Below, piece by piece: positions 1 to 10,826 of a stretch of DNA of 64,000 nt. Both the position numbers and the translations under genes were made by a program. Where the stretch lies: the NCBI GenBank assembly GCA_963775685.1, contig CAVZJV010000014.1, forward strand, positions 1,760,001 through 1,824,000. Reading direction: 5' to 3'. This stretch comes from Candidatus Bathyarchaeota archaeon (GTDB lineage Archaea; Thermoproteota; Bathyarchaeia; Bathyarchaeales; Bathycorpusculaceae). Position 1 is the first letter of the stretch. Each line of letters starts with the position of its first letter. Under the pieces are notes generated by a model, which searched no databases, was not told the DNA's origin, and saw only the letters and a program-made list of their open reading frames with translations.

Positions 1-77
1 ATAGGCATCATAGTTTTTTCGTCCACAGGAACAGTTCCTACAAGATAGTAGATTGTTGGTCCAGGATACTTATTCAT
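1..77 (-). CDS. 5' part of a hypothetical protein running off the window edge (MNKYPGPTIYYLVGTVPVDEKTMMP...)
   Basis: ATG at 77 and open frame to position 1; read manually, too short to assign. Confidence 0.3.
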   Translation of the reverse strand, partial: MNKYPGPTIYYLVGTVPVDEKTMMP

Positions 78-262
78 CGTTCAGCCAAACAGATCCATAT
101 AAAATTTTTTCATCTTTTCAATATCGCTGGCAGGAATTTCAAAATGTACAATTGTATGATCCATTAAAAATCACCAATCCTAGTAATTTTGTGAATTATA
201 AAAGAATTGCTATAGGGTTTGTAATCAAAATTAATTAAAATAAAATAAGAATATGGGATGGC

Positions 263-1696
263 TTATGGTTGCCATTTCTCTATGAGATATTTGGGTATCT
301 CGCTACTGTCGCGTGGTCCAACTTGGACTTTCCAGCCGCTGAGTTCTTCGATTTCGCCGCTGATACGTGAGGCTTTGCCTGGGCTGATGATTTTGCGGTG
401 TTTAACTTTGCTCTCTATGCCTGAGGCTTTGATTGCATCTGCGACGCGCTCGGCGGTTAGTTTGCGTCCTGCGACTCCGCTGTCGATAGCTGAGCCTTCT
501 GTGTCAACAACGATCAGGTACGCATTGAGTTTGTTGCTTTCGATGTCTGAGGCGACTGTGTAGTAGGTTAGGGCAAAGTTTGAGGTGAAGAGGACTGGTG
601 CGTTTTCGTCTGGGGTGCCGTAGACTTTGAGTCCTGGTGCAACTGCAACTGGTTTGCGTGGGTCAGTGTAGATGTTCTGGCGCAGTACTGTTGTCGGGAG
701 TAGGGCCCATCCGTCGTTGCCATGCATGACAAGTACATCTGCGTAGCGGACAACAAGCATTGAAGCGACGTATGCTTCGCGCCATTTGATAAGGTCGTCT
801 GCTGTGTTGCCTTTGTCTACCCAAGCGACCATTGGAACACCAAGTAAGGGGAAGCCTGCGAGTTCTTCGCCACCTTTGGTTGCTGCGCGGCGTAGCATGG
901 TAAAGTTGTTTATAGTGTCTGGTAACCCTTCGTTTATGAAGGTGCCAGGGTCAAGAACTATGTCTGTTACACTATAAGCCAATAAGGTTTTCGCTAGTGA
1001 AACCAACGTGTTCAGGTCGTTTGGTGAAGATGCTACGATTGGGCAATTGTACATTAATGCGAGTTCTGCCATGTCTTTCCAGTTGCTTGAGGTTGCTGCA
1101 TAGAGCAGTGGGCGTGCTTTTGGTGCTGCCATTAAGCCCGCTTCAGCAATTGCTGGGTTGAGGGTGCACAAAATCATCGGCAGTTGGGTTATTTCGGATA
1201 CTTTTTTAACGCATACTTTGAATTTGTCTGCGTCTTCGGATGTGCATCTGATGGCTATCATGTCGAGTTTTAGGGTGTTGCCGATGTATTCGAAGGTAAA
1301 GTTATCTGTTTTTTGTACGCGAGAAACGATTTCTTGCTCACTCATCTCATCGGTTACGTCGATTGCGATGGCTGTGGGGTTCTTGTATGTGAATTCGTGA
1401 CGGTACATTACAAGTTTGCCACCGATTTTCTTTGCTTTGTCTCCGACGCCGACGATGACTTCTTTAACTGCCGGTTTTAGCATTTCTTTTAGTTTAGCGT
1501 ATGATGTTGCGTTTTCTGGTTTAAGCAGTGGTTTGCAGCTGTCGAGTTCCGTTTCGCGGTTAACGATTTTTGTTGCAAACGCCATGCAGTTGTCTACGCC
1601 GCATTCTTTACAGTTAATTTTTGGCAATGCCTTGTAAATGTCGATTGGGCTAAGTTCTTTTAATCCGCCTTTTTTCTTTTCTGCCATTTGTGTCAT
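263..1696 (-). CDS. cdhE: Acetyl-CoA decarbonylase/synthase gamma subunit (corrinoid Fe-S protein large subunit)
   Basis: N-terminal LPKINCKECGVDNCMAFA Fe-S motif; RQNIYTDPRKP and TSNFALTYYTV motifs; last gene of the cdh operon. Confidence 0.95.
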   Translation of the reverse strand: MTQMAEKKKGGLKELSPIDIYKALPKINCKECGVDNCMAFATKIVNRETELDSCKPLLKPENATSYAKLKEMLKPAVKEVIVGVGDKAKKIGGKLVMYRHEFTYKNPTAIAIDVTDEMSEQEIVSRVQKTDNFTFEYIGNTLKLDMIAIRCTSEDADKFKVCVKKVSEITQLPMILCTLNPAIAEAGLMAAPKARPLLYAATSSNWKDMAELALMYNCPIVASSPNDLNTLVSLAKTLLAYSVTDIVLDPGTFINEGLPDTINNFTMLRRAATKGGEELAGFPLLGVPMVAWVDKGNTADDLIKWREAYVASMLVVRYADVLVMHGNDGWALLPTTVLRQNIYTDPRKPVAVAPGLKVYGTPDENAPVLFTSNFALTYYTVASDIESNKLNAYLIVVDTEGSAIDSGVAGRKLTAERVADAIKASGIESKVKHRKIISPGKASRISGEIEELSGWKVQVGPRDSSEIPKYLIEKWQP

Positions 1697-1702
1697 GTCT
1701 CC

Positions 1703-2941
1703 TTAAGCTTTTACGTTGACCCAGCTTGCGTATTTGGCTGAATCTGCTTTTTTGCCGCTTGTTAGGTAGTTTGTGACGTCTTTTAGTGTTTTAACGGCTG
1801 CAGGATGCATCATCATGAATAGGTCAACGCCTGCAAGCAACAGGGTTATGGCTGTTGTTACTTCCCAGAGTGGGCCTCGGAGTTCGCGTGGTTCCCATTC
1901 AGCGCCCATTTTGAGCCATGCTTCTCTTGCTGCCCAAGCGTTGGTCGTGCCTGAGGACATAGGGTGTGCAAGTTCTGAGTCGCCCATTAAGCCGCCCATT
2001 CTGGCGCGTTCCATGTTTGTGAATGCGTAATCTAAGCCGTAGCCTAAGGCTGCTGTAGTTAGGTCCATAACGATGTCTTCTCTTTCGACATAGTCATAAA
2101 GGCGTCTATTGAGTTCGCGTGCTAAATTAAGGTCCATGGGTGTAAATGAGAGGATTGCATGGCCTGCTTTTTTGATGAATTTTGCACATTTTTCTACGTC
2201 CATGTCGCGTGTAACAGAGCTGATTAGGAAGCGTTCACCTGGGAACTGAGCACATACTTCTTCGAAGACTGCTGTGTCTTTAACTGGGTCTCCACATCCG
2301 CCTATGACAATTGGTACGTCTACTGCTTGCAGAACTTTCTCGATGGTTTTACAAGCTTCTTTTGGTGACGAATCTTTGAGTAGTGGGTCAATACTGATCA
2401 AATGCATCGTAACCATGTCTGCGCCGAATTTTTCGACTGCAAGTTTTGCCCATGCTGCGGGATCGCCGACGACGTCTTTAACGTGCATCTTAACCGCCTT
2501 TGACAGGGGGACTTCCATATCGAAAACATCTAGAGTAATGACTGGTTTGTGAGGCATAGGATTCTCAAAAGTGTAGAAGGCAGGAGATACTTCTCCGCCG
2601 ATTGTGAGTGATCTTCCGCGTGTGCCGCCTTCGCTTTTTGTTGCACCAAGTTTTACTTCAGTGATTTTATTGGGGTATTTTTCGATTGGCGGTAGGAAAG
2701 CTGCCTGGAGCATACTGAGGGGTTTGCCACCTGCTATGGCTGCTTGTGGAAGCTTTAATTTGGGCATTATTTGGCCAGCTGCGCCTGCTTCGAAGAGGAT
2801 TTCCAGTTCTTTGACATCCATTTGGAAATCTTCCAGCTCAATTTGTTGGAATTTTGCAAGAGCTTCCATGAGCTCCTCGCTTAGCTGTAATTCTTCAGCG
2901 TCTTTTTTCTTGTCTGTGTCGTGGTGAGTCGTTGGAATCAC
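1703..2941 (-). other. cdhD: CdhD (ACDS delta subunit) moiety of the fused ORF; could be a separate gene starting at GTG 2941
   Basis: In-frame GTG at 2941 overlaps an out-of-frame TGA (GTGA) and an SD-like GGTGA; CdhD motifs follow. Confidence 0.85.
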
Positions 2942-4339
2942 CGTTTGTCTTTTGACGGTTTGGATGATGACTTTGTTTGCGTAGATCTTTGCGTCTTTTA
3001 AGATTATCTTAAATCCGCCCGCCATTATGGGCAGTGAGCCTGCTGTCGCAACTGGCAACATTGTGCCTGCTGCTTCCTCGTTAACTGTTATAGCTTGTGC
3101 TTCTGCGGCTGGAGCTTCTGTTTCCCATTTCGCTACGACAGGGTGGTTCTTTGACTTCAAGAATGCTTTTAGTTCATCGACATTCTTGGCATCTTCTTCA
3201 GTAGCAATTTTGTCAACAACGTCTGCGGGGATGAAATCTTTTACTTTTTCTTTAACTTCTTTAGGTACCCAAACAATGCGATTCCAGCCACCATCTGCCG
3301 CAAAGAATTTCTTACTTCGCATGTATTCGATAGACATTCCGTGGAATCCGTCTATCTGACGTCCACCTGCTGCTGAATCCGCAAGGGTACTGAAGGGTAA
3401 GCCGTTTACCGCTGCGCCTTTGAAGTTTCTTTGAACTACACCTAGTCCGTCGACTTCTGGGATGTAGAAGGTTACTGCTTCGAAGCATCCGCATGAAGTG
3501 TGTGGATGGTCAAATGCTGTGTAGAGCCAGACTTGGTTAACTTCGCCCATGCTGCGTTTCTTGGCTGCTTCGTTAACACCGCTAAATTCGCCTTTCTCTT
3601 CGTTGAGCATTTCGCCTCTTGGAATTGCGAAGACTGGACCCTTAGGATCGATGCTTGCTGAGGCTTTACCGTCAAACCAGCTGATTGCACCGCAGTTACT
3701 GTAACGTTGTGGTGTGATGACGCAAACGTGGCTTGGGGCGAATGATTGACATAGGGCACATCCATAGAATGTATCGACCTCCGAGTCTTTAAGACCTCTG
3801 GCTTTTGCGTCGCGTGATTCGTAGGCTTGAATGGCCTCAGGGGTCATTTCATCGAGTTTTGCTGGGTCGGTTATGAAGGTTATTTGTGCTTTCTCGATGA
3901 TTGGCAACTCACTCTTGAATAGACGGTAGAGAACTTTACCGATCGCATCAAAGCTTGTTAAACCTTTTTGGAAGGATTTTTTGCCCAATCGAATCCAGAT
4001 GTCGTATCGCTGGTTTAGGTGCATAAAGCCCTCAATGTAGTTTAGGTATCCGTGAATGCGCCTTTCAATGACACCTTCAAGACCTGCATCGATTTTTTCG
4101 CCTGCTGCTTCAACAAGGATACCGAATGGGTAAGCGCCGCCTTCTTTCATGTCTTTTAAGTCTGGACCGATGATGGTGATTTTTCCATCGTCGATTTCAT
4201 TCATGGGTTTTACTTTTGCCAGTTCAAACTTTTGTTTGACTGTGGGTCCGCCGAGTTCTACTTGCATGTCATTTCTTCGGATACGTTCTCCTTCGTAGAT
4301 TACGCCAACTTCAACAGGTATATCTTTAAACATTGACAT
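1703..4339 (-). CDS. cdhC: ACDS beta subunit (acetyl-CoA synthase) read in frame with the delta subunit as one 878-aa ORF
   Basis: Residues 1-466 are CdhC (CALCQSFAP, HTSCGCFE A-cluster motifs); residues 467-878 are CdhD (LGATKSEGGTRG, TTAALGYGLDY, NAWAAREAW). Confidence 0.9.
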   Translation of the reverse strand: MSMFKDIPVEVGVIYEGERIRRNDMQVELGGPTVKQKFELAKVKPMNEIDDGKITIIGPDLKDMKEGGAYPFGILVEAAGEKIDAGLEGVIERRIHGYLNYIEGFMHLNQRYDIWIRLGKKSFQKGLTSFDAIGKVLYRLFKSELPIIEKAQITFITDPAKLDEMTPEAIQAYESRDAKARGLKDSEVDTFYGCALCQSFAPSHVCVITPQRYSNCGAISWFDGKASASIDPKGPVFAIPRGEMLNEEKGEFSGVNEAAKKRSMGEVNQVWLYTAFDHPHTSCGCFEAVTFYIPEVDGLGVVQRNFKGAAVNGLPFSTLADSAAGGRQIDGFHGMSIEYMRSKKFFAADGGWNRIVWVPKEVKEKVKDFIPADVVDKIATEEDAKNVDELKAFLKSKNHPVVAKWETEAPAAEAQAITVNEEAAGTMLPVATAGSLPIMAGGFKIILKDAKIYANKVIIQTVKRQTVIPTTHHDTDKKKDAEELQLSEELMEALAKFQQIELEDFQMDVKELEILFEAGAAGQIMPKLKLPQAAIAGGKPLSMLQAAFLPPIEKYPNKITEVKLGATKSEGGTRGRSLTIGGEVSPAFYTFENPMPHKPVITLDVFDMEVPLSKAVKMHVKDVVGDPAAWAKLAVEKFGADMVTMHLISIDPLLKDSSPKEACKTIEKVLQAVDVPIVIGGCGDPVKDTAVFEEVCAQFPGERFLISSVTRDMDVEKCAKFIKKAGHAILSFTPMDLNLARELNRRLYDYVEREDIVMDLTTAALGYGLDYAFTNMERARMGGLMGDSELAHPMSSGTTNAWAAREAWLKMGAEWEPRELRGPLWEVTTAITLLLAGVDLFMMMHPAAVKTLKDVTNYLTSGKKADSAKYASWVNVKA

Positions 4340-4342
4340 TTT

Positions 4343-4892
4343 TTAATTTCCTCCATTATTTTCAAATTTTGAGGTCATTACTTTGAGGTTTGCAGCCCAC
4401 TCTTCAAGAGTTGCGTTTGGGAAAGACCAGCTTGCGTGGACGTGGTAGAGGTTGTCGATGGTCATGGTTTTTTGATCTGGTGCAAAGTGCTTCATGCCTG
4501 AAAGCATCAATGATTCAACATAGTATGGTAGTCCAACCAAGATAACTAGGATCGGGGTGGCCTTTGCCGTCCAGTCCCATCCATTCTGGGTCAACTACGC
4601 GCTGTCCGATTTCCATTGCGTTCATGAATGCCGCTGGTTGGTAGCCTCTTTTGAGGAATTCGCCAACCATATGGGCTGTTGCGACAACTGGCACTTTGGA
4701 GGCGTTAGCGAAGTCAACTAGGTATTCGATGAGTTGTTTGCCTTCCATGTACCTCTCAGTGGCGTTGCTTCCGACAATAAGAAGGGGACGTTGGGCGCGT
4801 TTTATCATTGCTACTGCTATTTCGGGTTTTTGTATGGGGTTTGCTTTTTTAGTTGATGCGATTTCGGCACATTGCCATGGTTCACAGGACAT
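4343..4892 (-). CDS. cdhB: CODH/ACS epsilon subunit, split by one extra base at ~4550 (probable sequencing error)
   Basis: ORFs 4515..4892 and 4343..4594 join (…GKGHPD|LVILVGLPYY…HASWSFPN) if one C is removed from CCTAG on the minus strand. Confidence 0.88.
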
Positions 4893-4907
4893 TGTTTTTT
4901 CCTCCGT

Positions 4908-7255
4908 TTACTCCTTCATCTTGCGGACCATTCTTGGAAGCAAGGTTGGGTCCGGAATTACTGTTTCTTTCCAGTTGTGTTCTGCGAGGATTTTCTCGAA
5001 TTCTTCTTTCATGGTCATTGGGACATCAGCCATCGTTCTCACATATAGGTGTAGGTCATTGGGCATGACTCCGAGGTATCGTTTGCTTAAGTCGACGTAG
5101 TGGCTGAGTTTAATGCTGCGTCCTTTCCATGTGTCATTGGGTCTGATGCAGAGTTTTGCGATTGCAACCATACATTCCTCTTTAGTTTCTGCTATGTTGA
5201 AGAGGTGTTCTGGTGCTGGTCCGACGTTAACTTTGTCGCCTGTTCGTGCGTCTAGGACTTCCCAGTTTGATGGGTCTTCTTTTCTGCCAAGGAGCATACG
5301 TCTGTATTTGACACCGTGTGGACCGACAAGGACTGGTACGCCTAAACGCCAGAATCCTGAGGCAATTGATGCTGCTTTCTGTGAGTATGCGCCCCAAGCT
5401 AAGCCGACTGCACCTAAGCGGTTGTGGATATAATCGGCGATTTCTTCGTAGTTGCCTCTTAGTGGACGTTTAGCGAAGATGTTTGCTACTTTGATTGCTG
5501 CGCCGGCGATGTGGCTGTTTGCGACGCATGAGCCGACGTTTAGGACTCCTCCTGCTTCGAATCCGCCTGGGAATTCTTCGTAGAGAGTTTTGCCGTCGCT
5601 GTTGCGGTAGCTGCCTGCGGACATGGCTGAGCATCCTGAGAGAACGACGATGTATCTTCTGCTTGCGAATTCTCGGCAAATATCGTAGACATCTTTGCCG
5701 CCTTTTGGATAGTTACTGCAGCCAACTACGGCAACAATACCCGGGATTTCTCCTAGGACGATTGGGCTGCCGACATTGCGGATTTCGACATCTGAGACTG
5801 CTCCTCTGCCTACGCGGCATAGGTTATCTTCGCATTCCATTGATTTTTCTCCTGCTTTAATGATGAGGCTGTGGATCATAATTTTCTGCGGGCATGCTTC
5901 TTCACATCTTCCGCATCCAATGCAGGTCTCATAGAGGTCTGTAAGTAGAGATATGTCGCCTTGGGCAGCTGCTTTCATGGCTGCTGGAATTGCGTAGTCT
6001 TGTGGGCAGTTGCGTTGGCAACTCTTGCATTGTGTGCAGGTCTTTGCGATTTGTTGAAGTTCCTCTAGGCTTGGGAGAACGTTCTTTCGTTTGCGGACTG
6101 GAGCAACAGCTTGTGCTACGCGGACTGCGACTTCGCCGACTTTTTCTGGGTCGAGAATCAGTACGCCTTTCACTTTACCGCAAACAAGGTCAGAGACGAT
6201 TTCGTCAGCTGGGTCGTTTGTGCGGTTCTTGAAGCCTACGCAGTTCTTTTCTGAGGCTGCGATGACTGGTGTGCCTACTTTGGCTGCTTCGTCAGAGATA
6301 TCTGTTCGGATACATTGCTCGTCGAGGACAACCACGTCTGCTAGGCCCGCGCGCATGAACCTTAACTCCCAGCTTATTGGACCAACTATTTTTGCACGGT
6401 TATAGTATCGAGTTGTATCAAGAGCAGTACAGCATAAGCCGACAATCTCAATTTTATCGTCGACTTTGTTATCTTTTGCGAAATCGATAATTCCAACCGA
6501 GGGCATAACGTTATGGCCGATGCACATGACAACTGGTTTGGCTCGGTCGACGCTTGCAATGCCAAGTTTTACTAGGGGGCTTCAGGGTCAGCTTTTGGGA
6601 AGCCTAAGGCGGATATTTGTGCGATGTCACCGACTTCCATGCCTACGTGGTCAATCATGCCTACGTGTAATGCTTTTGATTCGAAGTCTAAGTTATTTCC
6701 TTCTTGGCCTGTGTGTCCTACTGCGAGAACTTGGGTGATTTGTTCTTCGGTGTAGGTTAAAATGTCGTCTAAGTCACCGAGTGTTTCAGGTTTTATACCA
6801 GTGACGAGGCGGCTGACTGGTGCTTCAACTTTTATGTTTAATCCGCCGACGTCTAAGGGGTACCTGCGGCCATATCTTTCAATTAAGGAGTGAAGAAGAT
6901 GGCGCGAGTGAGCTGTGTGGCAGGCTGCTCCGATTGCACAAGCTAACATCACAATACGGGAAGATTGGGTTGCGATGTCTAAACCGCATGCGCCCCGTTT
7001 TCCAGCTGTCAAGTCGCATTTGCCAAAAGTACATAGACAGCAAAGATCACAGTCGGGCATGTAAAAGGGCTTGTACTTGGTGAGAAGTTTCATGTCCCAA
7101 TCCCGAAGGGCTGTCAAGGAGGGCATTGGGGTTGGACCCATCGGCTCATTATAGTTGTCATTCATAACTTTGCCGATGGATAATTCAAGATTTTTAATAA
7201 GACCACTATTGGTCTTCATTTCGTCTATTTTTACATGGACGTTTTTAGTTGTCAA
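4908..7255 (-). CDS. cdhA: CODH/ACS alpha subunit (Ni-Fe CODH), split by one missing base at ~6575 (probable sequencing error)
   Basis: CDLCCLCTFGKC, IGHN, CCT, DEQC and GSCVAN motifs plus two CxxCxxCxxxCP ferredoxin motifs; ORFs 6572..7255 and 4908..6527 join by adding one C. Confidence 0.92.
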
Positions 7256-7391
7256 TTTGGAAACCTCTGTAAAGGTTTATGACTATGCTGCATTACAGAG
7301 TTTTTAAACCTTTCCAGTTTTCTTAGGCAAAAGTCACGGTGTAGTTATAGAAATGCAAGGTTTCCAAAAAATTGTGTAAAAGTTCTATGGA

Positions 7392-8156
7392 TTAAAGATA
7401 ACCCAGGGATTGAAGGATTTTTTTTACTGAAAAGTAGGCTTTGTTGTTGTTTGAGAGCTCAAGAAGGGATTTTCCATCTAGAACAAACTCATCTAACTCG
7501 TCGTCAGCCTCGATTTTGCCTAAATATTTGAATTTTAAGTCAGCTTCTGCTTGCTTGCCCAATTCAGCAGGGAAACGGTAGCCACCCACTATGTAAAAGT
7601 TTTCAAATTGCATGTCAACTTCCTTGGCTATTTTGTAAGCCCGTCTGACATGATCTTGGGACTTCTTGGAATGGTCCAGTATGTCAAATACATCGTTTAC
7701 ATTGGAGGTTATACGTCGGTTGAGGTTTTCCAGACCGGCTGGAGAATCTATGAGTACGTACTTGTAGGTTTTAGTTAGCGACTCTAAGGCGCCTTTAAGT
7801 GCGGAGTTTGGCATACAGTAGCATCCTTCGATCCATTTGGTTCCTACCGCCATAAAATCGAAGTTTTTGCTTTCATAGAGCCCGTTTTCCCAGATGCGGC
7901 TTTCAATACGCTGTGTTGGAGGAACGCCGACTGTAGTGCCTCCGCCTTTGATAAAGGTGCTAACTATGAGGTCAGCTATAGTTGATTTACCTGCTTCTTT
8001 AAGGTCAACCCCAAGCATCTCTGCTAAGTTTTGATCAGGGTCAGCATCAACCAAAAGAATCGGAGCCTGATTAGCTTCAATAAAGGCTTTTGCCATGAGG
8101 GCAGTGAAGCTGGATTTTCCTGTTCCACCGCGACCAATAGTCACTAAAGTTTTCAT
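7392..8156 (-). CDS. CooC/AcsF-family nickel-insertion ATPase
   Basis: GRGGTGKS Walker A, DADP, GCYC Ni-binding motif, DSPAGLE; directly upstream of cdhA. Confidence 0.85.
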   Translation of the reverse strand: MKTLVTIGRGGTGKSSFTALMAKAFIEANQAPILLVDADPDQNLAEMLGVDLKEAGKSTIADLIVSTFIKGGGTTVGVPPTQRIESRIWENGLYESKNFDFMAVGTKWIEGCYCMPNSALKGALESLTKTYKYVLIDSPAGLENLNRRITSNVNDVFDILDHSKKSQDHVRRAYKIAKEVDMQFENFYIVGGYRFPAELGKQAEADLKFKYLGKIEADDELDEFVLDGKSLLELSNNNKAYFSVKKILQSLGYL

Positions 8157-8173
8157 ACAAAGCCACCTCAAGT

Positions 8174-8953
8174 TTACGCTGTTTTCTTAATCAAAAGCTC
8201 GCATATATTGTCTATGGTCTTAACCGCAGCGATTTCTTTGTTTTTAAGCGGGGTTACTCCAAGCATATCGGCCTCGATGACTTTTTGGTCGAAGGGCACA
8301 AATGCAAGCAGGTTTAGCCCGTTTTTGTCTGCGAAACTTTGAATTGCCTCTTTTTGGGTGTCGTTCATCACTCTGTTTCCGATGAGGTAGAGATGTTTCA
8401 TTCCGGCTTTCGATGCCAAGTCATGGATGTGTTTGGCGATTTCCAGCGATTTCAGGTTGGAGTCCGCTACTATTAGCAATGCGTCAACTTGCCGTGCGGT
8501 GCCTCTGCCGATGTGTTCTACGCCCGCTTCGAGGTCTAAAACCACCGCTTCATTCCGATCAACGACCAAGTGTCTTAGCAAGGCGCGGATGACTGCATTT
8601 GGGGCGCACATGCAGCCTGCTTCCATCGCCTGCACTGTACCCATAACAATCAAGTTTGCACCCAATGGAGTGGGAATAGAGTAGTCTTTGACGATGTCGT
8701 CAACCGTGAAATTCAAGTTATAAATACTATTGTAGCCAGTGCTGGTTTTAGACTCTACCAGCGGCTTATTTTCTGTAATGGGCACGATTTTTCGGGTTTC
8801 CTCAGCTGATAATCCCAACGTTAAACCGAGGTTTGGAGAGGAATCTGCATCAATCGCAATTGTTTTTAGTCCGCGTTCAACAAAACCACGCGCTAAACCG
8901 CCAGCAATCAAGGTTTTGCCAACGCCGCCTTTACCAGCAACAGCAACCTTCAT
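8174..8953 (-). CDS. cooC: CO dehydrogenase nickel-insertion accessory ATPase CooC
   Basis: GKGGVGKT, DAD, GCMC, DLEAGVEHIGRGT. Confidence 0.88.
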   Translation of the reverse strand: MKVAVAGKGGVGKTLIAGGLARGFVERGLKTIAIDADSSPNLGLTLGLSAEETRKIVPITENKPLVESKTSTGYNSIYNLNFTVDDIVKDYSIPTPLGANLIVMGTVQAMEAGCMCAPNAVIRALLRHLVVDRNEAVVLDLEAGVEHIGRGTARQVDALLIVADSNLKSLEIAKHIHDLASKAGMKHLYLIGNRVMNDTQKEAIQSFADKNGLNLLAFVPFDQKVIEADMLGVTPLKNKEIAAVKTIDNICELLIKKTA

Positions 8954-9036
8954 AAAATCACAAACAGAAATAATTTCTTTCTCAAACTATTTTATGTTTT
9001 CCCTTAAAGTTAAGGATAAAATGTTTGCTGCATCAA

Positions 9037-9999
9037 TCAGAGTTGATAGAGGTTGCCGACACTATTCCAGATAAAAGCGTCGGGAAACTCTTGGTGGATT
9101 GCAGTTATGGCTCGCCAACCTGTACAATGTGAGGGTACAATAAACGCTGGATTTATTCTTGCTAGTTCGGTAAGGGTTGAAGCAATTTTTGTTTCGAACC
9201 CTCGTCCTGCCAAATGAAAACCACCCATGACTGCATAAACAGTTTCGATCCCTGTGATTTGTTTAGCGTAGCTGATGGAGTTTATTATGCCAGCATGAGC
9301 GCACCCTGATAGAATCACTAAACCCTTGTGTTTCACATTCATTACGAAGGCGCGGTCGTCAACAATCAAGGGGTCAGGCTGCCAAGAGCCGTTAACGAGA
9401 GTTTGATGATGCGTTAAACCGTTTTCAAAGCTTGTCCCTCGAGGTATCTCGCCTGTCACGCAGACTTGTCCATTGGCAACTAGTGAAGGTTGCTTAGTAA
9501 AGATGAGTTGAGTTGATTTTAACTGTGTTTGAGTAGGGAAGTCTGGGTACTTGCGAATTGTTCCGTCGCGCGAAGCAGTTCCACGAGCCTTAAACATATC
9601 TTCATGAACAATCAGAGGCAAACCCGTTTTTCCCACTGCTTCAACAACGGACAGTAAACCGCCGAAGTGGTCGTAGTGCCCATGGGATAAAATAACAAAC
9701 CCAACTTCGCTAAGATTTAACCCCATAATCATTGAATTATCGATGATTACTCTGGGGCTGCCACCTGTATCAAAGAGGAGACTTTCCGATTTTCCCCCGC
9801 TAAAAACCCGAATCAACATCGAGAAGCCATGCTCGGCAACCGGCATTTCAGAATGCCCAAGCCGCGGTTTGGTCGTTTGCCAAAATGATTGAACCTGCTT
9901 GTGACTAACGGTTGAGAGAAAATCTATGGAATTATCCACCAGACTAACAACTTCTACTTTATCAACCTCTCGAAGAAGGGAAGCAGAGTTTGTGTCCAT
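9037..9999 (-). CDS. MBL-fold metallo-hydrolase (archaeal dihydropteroate-synthase-like group)
   Basis: AEHGFS, FDTG, SHGHYDHFGG, GCAHAG, GGFHL, HCTG motifs. Confidence 0.85.
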   Translation of the reverse strand: MDTNSASLLREVDKVEVVSLVDNSIDFLSTVSHKQVQSFWQTTKPRLGHSEMPVAEHGFSMLIRVFSGGKSESLLFDTGGSPRVIIDNSMIMGLNLSEVGFVILSHGHYDHFGGLLSVVEAVGKTGLPLIVHEDMFKARGTASRDGTIRKYPDFPTQTQLKSTQLIFTKQPSLVANGQVCVTGEIPRGTSFENGLTHHQTLVNGSWQPDPLIVDDRAFVMNVKHKGLVILSGCAHAGIINSISYAKQITGIETVYAVMGGFHLAGRGFETKIASTLTELARINPAFIVPSHCTGWRAITAIHQEFPDAFIWNSVGNLYQL

Positions 10000-10016
10000 T
10001 TTGATTTCCCAGCCCG

Positions 10017-10595
10017 TTAGAGTGTGCCCTTATAGTTGTTTTTTGTTGGGCAACCAACACATTTTTGGCTTTCAAATCGGTTGCAGGGATCGCATTCTAC
10101 CTTGCAAGGTGTTACTTTACGCTCTTCTTGGGCTAGGTTTTGCCTTATTTGAAGGAACGGCGAAAAGTAGGTTTCGCTTATGGGATAGAATTCTGAGCGG
10201 CGTATTCCTTTGCTGCATCGAAGGGAGCATTTTTCCATGGATATGCTCTCAAGGGTTTCTTTTGTTTCTGCAACAACTAGAGCGATTAAATTGTAGCCGC
10301 CCATTGTTTTGAATATTTGGATAACGCGGGGGCATTCTTCGAAGCGATCTAGAACGCTCTGCATTGCTTCTGCACTCTCCATTTCCAGCATCACGATTGC
10401 GGGATGAAGCTTGAGGACGTTTGAATTGATTAGGGCGGATACTTTTATCGTTCCATTTTTTATGAGCCTTTCGAGCCTTTTCTTGGTTCCCATGCTTGAG
10501 AAGCCTGTGGTTTTGGCTAGGTCTTGTAGTGTTGTTCGTCCGTCTGTTTGTAGTTGTGCAATTATTTTTTTGTCTATTTCGTCCAAAGTCTTCAC
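10017..10595 (-). CDS. Lrp/AsnC-family transcriptional regulator with a Cys-rich C-terminal extension
   Basis: LDEIDKKIIAQLQTDGR HTH start, RAM domain, tail CKVECDPC...CVGCP. Confidence 0.88.
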   Translation of the reverse strand: MKTLDEIDKKIIAQLQTDGRTTLQDLAKTTGFSSMGTKKRLERLIKNGTIKVSALINSNVLKLHPAIVMLEMESAEAMQSVLDRFEECPRVIQIFKTMGGYNLIALVVAETKETLESISMEKCSLRCSKGIRRSEFYPISETYFSPFLQIRQNLAQEERKVTPCKVECDPCNRFESQKCVGCPTKNNYKGTL

Positions 10596-10596
10596 T

Positions 10597-10642
10597 GTTT
10601 ATTTTATAAATATAAACTATTAATAATGTTTATCTATTAAAC
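10597..10642. promoter_or_regulatory. Paired palindromic operators GTTTA-N5-TAAAC (10597, 10628) flanking TATTAATA, upstream of the Lrp gene
   Basis: GTTTAttttaTAAAT and GTTTAtctatTAAAC, starts 31 bp apart. Confidence 0.7.
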
Positions 10643-10757
10643 TTTTTCCAGAATGTTAAAAGTGAAACCATTGAGTACTTAGGAAAAAGAAGAAAAGATC
10701 TATTTTCACAGAACCGGTTCTTGGTCGTTCTCGAAGACGCGCTATTCAGCCAAATTA

Positions 10758-10803
10758 GTTTATTTATTAAACAAAACATATTAATATCATTTATTTATTA
10801 AAC
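10758..10803. promoter_or_regulatory. Paired operators GTTTA-N5-TAAAC (10758, 10789) flanking TATTAATA, upstream of the Mrp operon
   Basis: GTTTAtttatTAAAC and ATTTAtttatTAAAC, starts 31 bp apart. Confidence 0.7.
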
Positions 10804-10826
10804 TATCACAAGACAAGTGGTTGGAA

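Noticed and set aside
4343-7255. cdhA and cdhB as pseudogenes or programmed frameshifts
   Set aside because: Single-base lesions with all catalytic motifs intact and no slippery heptamer; they match the window-wide indel error pattern.
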